39,285 nucleotides of DNA from Candidatus Saccharimonadota bacterium (GTDB taxonomy: Bacteria > Patescibacteriota > Saccharimonadia > Saccharimonadales > UBA7683). Made by a program: the position numbers and the translations under genes. Under the pieces are notes generated by a model, which was not told the DNA's origin, ran no database searches, and saw only the letters and a list, made by a program, of their open reading frames with translations. Shown here in pieces: positions 34,281 through 39,285 of this stretch. The stretch covers positions 1 through 39,285 of the forward strand of contig JAGOUG010000002.1 in the NCBI GenBank assembly GCA_018061375.1. Reading direction: 5' to 3'. The first letter of the stretch is position 1. Every line of letters begins with the position of its first letter.

Positions 34281-35552
34281 CTATTCTGGATCTTTTTCTT
34301 CAGATTCTGGCTGTTTTTTACGTCGGAACCGTCTAAGGAAGGCGGGCACATCTCGTTCTTCAGATTCGTGTTCTGAAGTTTCGTCGTCGCTTGCCCAGAT
34401 ATTAGAACTTGGAACATCTTCTGACTTATGGAATGGGGTTGGTTCGTCTTCAGATTCTGAATCAGAGTCTTGTTCGTTTGCGACGTCCATATTGATGGTT
34501 TCAACATCGCCCTCAACATCGCCGAGCTGTGTAGAGACACTCAGCGTAGAGTCTTCCTCGTCATCGACAGTATCATCAGTGCGCTTTTTAAAGTAAGCTG
34601 CGTCAAAACCAGTTGCAACAACCGTAATTGCTACCTTATCTTGCATATCAGGCTTAATAGTAGCGCCGAAGATTATATTAGCATCAGGTGATACTGCGGC
34701 GGTAATCACCTCTGCCGCTTCATTAACTTCATGCATAGAAAGGTCGTTGCCACCAGTAATATTAAAGACGACACCTCGGGCACCGTCTATAGAGACCTCA
34801 AGGAGTGGTGATTCAATTGCTTGCTGAGCTGCAATAACGGCTCTGTTTTCTCCGCTACCCTGACCAATACCCATAAGAGCTGAGCCAGCATTGCTCATAA
34901 TAGACTTAACGTCTGCGAAATCAAGATTTATAAGGCCGTGTTCAGTAATTAAATCCGATATCCCTTGTACTCCCTGACGGAGAACATCGTCCGCAACGAC
35001 AAATGCCTCAAGAAGTGGTGTGTTTCTATCTATAGTTTGAAGAAGTCTATCGTTTGGGATAGTAATGAGTGTATCTACGTATTTAGCAAGATTTTCAATC
35101 GCATATTCTGCATTTTTACGCCGTTTTTCACCTTCAAAGGCAAATGGTCGTGTTGCAACACCAACAGTAAGAATATCCATCTCCCGAGCAATACGGGCAA
35201 CAACAGGGCCGCCGCCACTACCACTACCACCACCAGCACCAAGCGTAATGAACACCATATCGGCACCTGTTAGTGCTTCTTTAATGTCTGCTTCTGATTC
35301 TTCAGCTGCTTTTTGACCAACCGCTGGGTCGGCCCCAGCGCCAAGACCGCGAGTGGCTTCCTTGCCAATATGTATTTTTACACTTGCTTTTGAATGAAAA
35401 AGCGCCTGAGCATCTGTATTGATTGCAACAAACTGCACACCCTTAAGGCCACCGTCAGCCATTCTATTAATTGCTGACCCACCGGCACCACCAACTCCAA
35501 CTACTCGTATCGACGCGAACGCTTGTATATCTGCAGGTTTTACTTCTGGCAC
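34281..35552 (-). CDS. ftsZ: cell division protein FtsZ
   Basis: [13 protein letters not shown], tubulin signature [13 protein letters not shown], a long acidic linker, and the C-terminal peptide [11 protein letters not shown] start with AGGGGA upstream. Confidence 0.95.
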   Translation of the reverse strand: MPEVKPADIQAFASIRVVGVGGAGGSAINRMADGGLKGVQFVAINTDAQALFHSKASVKIHIGKEATRGLGAGADPAVGQKAAEESEADIKEALTGADMVFITLGAGGGSGSGGGPVVARIAREMDILTVGVATRPFAFEGEKRRKNAEYAIENLAKYVDTLITIPNDRLLQTIDRNTPLLEAFVVADDVLRQGVQGISDLITEHGLINLDFADVKSIMSNAGSALMGIGQGSGENRAVIAAQQAIESPLLEVSIDGARGVVFNITGGNDLSMHEVNEAAEVITAAVSPDANIIFGATIKPDMQDKVAITVVATGFDAAYFKKRTDDTVDDEEDSTLSVSTQLGDVEGDVETINMDVANEQDSDSESEDEPTPFHKSEDVPSSNIWASDDETSEHESEERDVPAFLRRFRRKKQPESEEKDPE

Positions 35553-35690
35553 GTTGTTTCCCCTACTTAACTTATGCTTCTTAGTATAACGTTTGAGATG
35601 ATAAAATCAATGCTCGCATATAAATTGAGGGTCTAACAGATATGACTACGAACACATTTGGTATACAACAGGAAAAATATTGTGTTCAAA

Positions 35691-36938
35691 CTAGAAGCCG
35701 AGTTTACTGAAAATCTGCTTTATAAGTGAATGCGCATGTTGTGCACTATGCTTCAACCCGCCACCAAGCCATTTTCCGCCATATGCTGCTTCTTCGTCTT
35801 TATGAACGTCGAGTAGCATCAAACCTGCTACAACAGCGTATTCTGGCCGTGCGAGACGTTCTTTAAGCCCAGATATGCCCTGAGCAGGGAAGACAACCCT
35901 GGCAGAAAGAGCTAGTTCTTCACGAGCAACCACATCAATGCCTGGAAGCTGAGCTGTTCCGCCCGTAAGCGTTATACCGCCAGGTAATTTTTTACTTAAA
36001 TTTACTTTTGCAAGCTCTTTATCGATAGCCTCAAAAAGCTCAACCAATCTGGCTGTAATAACAAATTCAATGTCTTTCGTTAAAAAGACATGTTCTTTAC
36101 GAGCAACTAATACCTTGACGTGCTTGGGGCGTGTTTTGCTATTTTCAGCTAAATATTTATAGTTCCGCTTAACTGCCTCTGCAACCTTGAGATCAGTTCT
36201 GAGACCGATCGCAAGATCATTCGTGATATGATTTCCGCCGATTGGTAGTACACTCACCTGCTGGACATCACCATCTTCAATAGTAATCAAGTTTGTAGTA
36301 GTTGAACCAATATCTACTACAGCCACGCCATTCTCTCTCTGTTCACGCGTAACTGTAGCTTGTGCAGCAGCCAAGCTAGATACGCTCAGTCGATTAACAC
36401 GTATATTTGCTGTTTCAAAAACTTTTTCAAGATTCTTGAGTGCTGGTGCCGAAACTGTCACAACATGTGCCTCAACCTCTAGGCGGGTGCCGCTCATGCC
36501 GATTGGATCCTTGACATTAGACTGCCCGTCTACAATATAGCTACGCGGGAAGACACTGAGGATCTCATGATGTTGGGGTATCTGTAGTACTGTAGCTGCA
36601 TCTTCAACGCGAGTAAGGTCTTCATTACTGATCTCCTCACTAGAAATCGCGACGACACCTTTAGATGCAATTCCTTTGATATGTGTACCATTTATATTTA
36701 CTGTTGCACTCGACACATGCTGACCAGCCATGCGCTCGGCAAGTGCAATCGCCTGATCTACCGCCTGTGCAGTATCAGATATATTTACCACGCTACCTTT
36801 TCTGAATCCACTATTTGGCGCTTCGCCGATCCCAACCAAACTCACTGTCTGGTCGTCAGCCTTAACTAAGCCGATCGCACAACGAACCGTCGTAGTACCA
36901 ACATCGATACCCACCGCTAATTCTTGATGTTCCTGCAT
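35691..36938 (-). CDS. ftsA: cell division protein FtsA
   Basis: Actin-fold ATPase motifs GIDVGTTTVRCAIG, VDIGSTTTNL and LTGGTAQLPG. I prefer ATG 36938 over the TTG at 36944. Confidence 0.9.
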   Translation of the reverse strand: MQEHQELAVGIDVGTTTVRCAIGLVKADDQTVSLVGIGEAPNSGFRKGSVVNISDTAQAVDQAIALAERMAGQHVSSATVNINGTHIKGIASKGVVAISSEEISNEDLTRVEDAATVLQIPQHHEILSVFPRSYIVDGQSNVKDPIGMSGTRLEVEAHVVTVSAPALKNLEKVFETANIRVNRLSVSSLAAAQATVTREQRENGVAVVDIGSTTTNLITIEDGDVQQVSVLPIGGNHITNDLAIGLRTDLKVAEAVKRNYKYLAENSKTRPKHVKVLVARKEHVFLTKDIEFVITARLVELFEAIDKELAKVNLSKKLPGGITLTGGTAQLPGIDVVAREELALSARVVFPAQGISGLKERLARPEYAVVAGLMLLDVHKDEEAAYGGKWLGGGLKHSAQHAHSLIKQIFSKLGF

Positions 36939-36984
36939 ATGCAACCAGTATAGCGCTTGTGCTATTTATGATGCAAATCTTAAT

Positions 36985-37734
36985 TTAAAGAGCGGTGATA
37001 ATTTCGGCTGAATCTTGAGTAATCAAAATTGTGTGCTCGAAGTGAGCAGAAAGTGTTCCATCCCGAGTCTTTATTGTCCAGCCATCTGGATCCAGCGTTA
37101 CGCCGTCACCACCAAGCGTACTCATTGGTTCTATGCAAATAGTCATACCTGCATCGAGTTTTTTGCCCGTGCCAGCGATACCGTAATTAGGGATATCGGG
37201 TTCTTCGTGCACTTGATGTCCAACTCCGTGCCCCACTAAGTCTCTAACTATCCCGAATCCGTATTGGTTCATAACTTTTTCAACTGCAGCACCTATATCA
37301 CCCGTTCGTATGCCGCCGTGTAAACTGTTTATGCCCGCATCGAGTGCCTCTTTTGTACCCTTTAGTAGTCTTCGTTTTACACCGCTGCCTTCTCCAGCAA
37401 TAACCGTAATCGCAGAATCAGTAATCATACCGTTATAGTCTACGCCAAAATCAAGGCTAATTAGGTCGCCATCTTCAATAACTTCAGACCCAGGTATACC
37501 GTGCACAACCTCGTCGTTGCGAGAGATACAAATTACATCGGGAAACCCGCCATACCCTAAAAATGCAGGTTTTCCACCAAGTCTCTGAAGTTCAACTGCA
37601 GCGAGATCGGCAAGATCTTTAGTGGTCATACCAACCTCAATTTTTTGCTCCAAATACTGAAGAACCATGGCAAGCATTTTGCCGGAAACTCGAATATCGA
37701 TAATTTCTTGCTCTGTTTTTATCTTCGTGAACAT
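36985..37734 (-). CDS. map: methionine aminopeptidase, type I
   Basis: VVHGIPG, DFGVDYNGMITDSA, VGHGVGHQVHE, ICIEPM and FEHT. I place the start at ATG 37734, 4 nt after the adk stop. Confidence 0.9.
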   Translation of the reverse strand: MFTKIKTEQEIIDIRVSGKMLAMVLQYLEQKIEVGMTTKDLADLAAVELQRLGGKPAFLGYGGFPDVICISRNDEVVHGIPGSEVIEDGDLISLDFGVDYNGMITDSAITVIAGEGSGVKRRLLKGTKEALDAGINSLHGGIRTGDIGAAVEKVMNQYGFGIVRDLVGHGVGHQVHEEPDIPNYGIAGTGKKLDAGMTICIEPMSTLGGDGVTLDPDGWTIKTRDGTLSAHFEHTILITQDSAEIITAL

Positions 37735-37738
37735 ACTA

Positions 37739-38296
37739 TTAACCCGTAGCACCCATCAGATCCAGTGATTCTAGTTCTGCCTCGATCTTATCATGTACCT
37801 GCCCAACACTTCCTACACCTTCAATATGTGATATCGGTATTTGCTGATCCGCAAAAAAAGTCAGTATTGGGTACATTTCCTGGCGATACAACGCAAGACG
37901 TTGTTCAATCGCCTCTTTTGTATCATCAACTCGGCCACGAAGATGAAGGCGCTTTTCAATTTCATCACGTGGTACTTCAAGCACTACTACAAGTTGGATA
38001 CTCCTGGCGTGTTCTTCTTGATTTTCGACTAACCATTTTGCCTGTTCAAGTAAGCGCGGAAAACCATCAAGTATTACCTTATCAATTGATTCAGCTCGTT
38101 TGATGCCGTCGCTCACAATCTGATTTACCTTATCAACACCAACCAGTGCGCCGGTACGCATTTCTTCAATAACCTCAGGGTCACGTGAATCACGTAGTAG
38201 TTGACCTGATGAAAGCCAGCGCCATCCATGACGAGCGGCTAATATTTGACCTTGCACACTTTTACCTGCACCCGCTGGACCAAAAAATAAAATCAT
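37739..38296 (-). CDS. adk: adenylate kinase (short-lid form)
   Basis: P-loop FFGPAGAGKS, plus LSSGQLLRD and ILDGFPR. The adk-map adjacency matches spc-operon ends. Confidence 0.8.
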   Translation of the reverse strand: MILFFGPAGAGKSVQGQILAARHGWRWLSSGQLLRDSRDPEVIEEMRTGALVGVDKVNQIVSDGIKRAESIDKVILDGFPRLLEQAKWLVENQEEHARSIQLVVVLEVPRDEIEKRLHLRGRVDDTKEAIEQRLALYRQEMYPILTFFADQQIPISHIEGVGSVGQVHDKIEAELESLDLMGATG

Positions 38297-38308
38297 CCTA
38301 CTCTCCCT

Positions 38309-38758
38309 TTACTGTAATTTCTGTTTCACTAACGCAGCTATTCGTGCACCATCAGCTGTAGCACCCGCCCGGGCTTTAACGGCGCCAATAATTTTACCCA
38401 TATCTTTCATTGACGCGCCCTCGGTATGCAAAACTACGTCATCAACGATACTAACCAACTCTTCATCCGTCATCTGTGCTGGTAGATATTCTGAGATGAT
38501 TTCAAACTCTGTTTGTTCCGCTGCAGCCTGCTCTGTTCTACCAGCATCTGTGTACATAGTTGCAGCCTCAAGTCGCTTCTTAGACTCTTTTACGAGTACT
38601 GCTATAACCTGTTCATCCTGAAGTCCCTGTTCACGTTCATCAAGTTCGACTTCTTTATACAAAATAGCACTCTTAACCATTTTAAGAGTGCCTACTCGTA
38701 TAGAATCTCCTGAAAGCATTGCTGTCTTCAGGTCTCCCTCTATTCGACTTTTGAGCAT
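38309..38758 (-). CDS. GatB/YqeY domain-containing protein
   Basis: 149 aa with IEGDLKTAMLSGD, the LKMVKSAILYKEVE pattern and ISEYLP. It follows rpsU, as in many monoderms. Confidence 0.8.
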   Translation of the reverse strand: MLKSRIEGDLKTAMLSGDSIRVGTLKMVKSAILYKEVELDEREQGLQDEQVIAVLVKESKKRLEAATMYTDAGRTEQAAAEQTEFEIISEYLPAQMTDEELVSIVDDVVLHTEGASMKDMGKIIGAVKARAGATADGARIAALVKQKLQ

Positions 38759-38973
38759 TATTTCTGCCCTAATCGAATTCGTTTTAACTTCTCAGCTTTG
38801 CGGCTTTTTCGGATAATCGCTTTTTCACGACGGTCGCGCTTACTCAGAGGCTTTATGAAGAATTCGTTGTTTTTTGCAATCGCAATGACGCCCGCAGACT
38901 GAACTTTGCGATTAAAACGACGAATAAGGTTTTCTATACCTTCTTTATTGTCTTTTCGTGTTACTTGAATCAT
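38758..38973 (-). CDS. rpsU: 30S ribosomal protein S21
   Basis: 71 aa with IENLIRRFNRKVQSAGV, FFIKPSxKRxRE-like FFIKPLSKRDRRE, and a basic tail. Confidence 0.9.
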   Translation of the reverse strand: MIQVTRKDNKEGIENLIRRFNRKVQSAGVIAIAKNNEFFIKPLSKRDRREKAIIRKSRKAEKLKRIRLGQK

Positions 38974-38981
38974 ACCAACGT

Positions 38982-39010
38982 AGTTTACTACAGATATCGA
39001 CTACTGACAA
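38982..39010 (-). promoter_or_regulatory. candidate rpsU promoter abutting the start codon
   Basis: On the minus strand, TTGTCA, a 17-nt spacer, then TAAACT, ending 8 nt before the rpsU ATG. No SD lies in between, so the mRNA could be leaderless or nearly so. Confidence 0.35.
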
Positions 39011-39019
39011 GGGTAGTTT

Positions 39020-39285
39020 TTACTTCGCCTGCGAACGCTGACTTTTGAGGACCATGCTTTGAAGCTCTTTGAGTAATATAAAGTGCTTATTAGTGTAATA
39101 GATTTTGCTATTCCCCTTCTTTTCAGAAATAAGAAAGCCGATTTTTTCGAGTCGCTTGAGTTCTCTTTGAATATTACCCGGATCTTCTCTTATTAGCTTT
39201 GCCAGACCACGAACATGTGTCTTGAAATCTGGGTACTTAGCATAGACAATAATTATCTTTCGTCTAACTCGTGAGGTAATAAATG
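39020..39285 (-). CDS. winged-helix transcriptional regulator, 5'-truncated by the window edge
   Basis: My manual translation of the minus strand gives ...IIIVYAKYPDFKTHVRGLAKLIREDPGNIQRELKRLEKIGFLISEKKGNSKIYYTNKHFILLKELQSMVLKSQRSQAK-stop. This is an HTH plus wing pattern. It is absent from the ORF track because no start codon lies in the window. Confidence 0.45.
   Translation of the reverse strand, partial: FITSRVRRKIIIVYAKYPDFKTHVRGLAKLIREDPGNIQRELKRLEKIGFLISEKKGNSKIYYTNKHFILLKELQSMVLKSQRSQAK

Noticed and set aside
34196-34540. A 114-aa minus-strand ORF overlapping the 3' end of ftsZ and the ftsZ-nrdR spacer.
   Set aside because: It is an out-of-frame shadow of the acidic FtsZ linker region. 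It has no RBS and no motif, and it would run across the candidate nrdR promoter and box.
1-39285. CRISPR arrays, transposases, integrases, prophage blocks and recognisable defence or toxin-antitoxin gene pairs.
   Set aside because: I saw no regularly spaced direct repeats and no ORF with transposase, integrase, RT or Cas motifs. The only mobile-element-like gene is the single HNH ORF. The coupled unknown pair at 3664-4736 does not resemble known TA families in size or charge, so I report it only as unknown.

Overview
The window is a dense, almost entirely minus-strand block of about 40 housekeeping genes. It looks like a small-genome, monoderm-type bacterium; Patescibacteria/CPR, Saccharibacteria-like, is my inference and cannot be proven from this window. 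The standard genetic code fits throughout. All alignments and RNA folds below were done by eye.

Gene order in plus coordinates:
- heliorhodopsin, lysA-like decarboxylase, lysS, two unknown translationally coupled ORFs
- greA, proS, proB
- CPBP protease, RseP-type site-2 protease, uppS, frr, tsf, rpsB
- ABC exporter, rpmE (+), an unknown protein with a caspase/CHAT-like His-Cys dyad
- prfA, trmH-like, prmC (+)
- htrA, an unknown membrane protein, LCP ligase, lepB (+)
- parB, parA, rplU, a small zincin, a phage-type HNH nuclease
- type-2 ileS behind a T-box-like leader, a Cys-less NrdH-like ORF, class II RNR nrdJ, nrdR
- ftsZ, ftsA, map, adk, yqeY, rpsU, and a 5'-truncated wHTH regulator

I saw no rRNA, tRNA, CRISPR array, transposase, integrase or long dispersed repeat. 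I did not find a convincing multi-gene novel system such as a defence island.

The best candidates for something undescribed are:
1. A T-box-like leader of ileS whose antiterminator core is nested inside the terminator helix.
2. A promoter, mini-ORF and terminator leader in front of an operon of two paralogous unknown ORFs plus lysS and lysA.
3. An orphan clan-CD-like protease candidate.
4. A complete heliorhodopsin.
5. A free-standing HNH nuclease.
6. A Cys-less NrdH-like ORF next to nrdJ.
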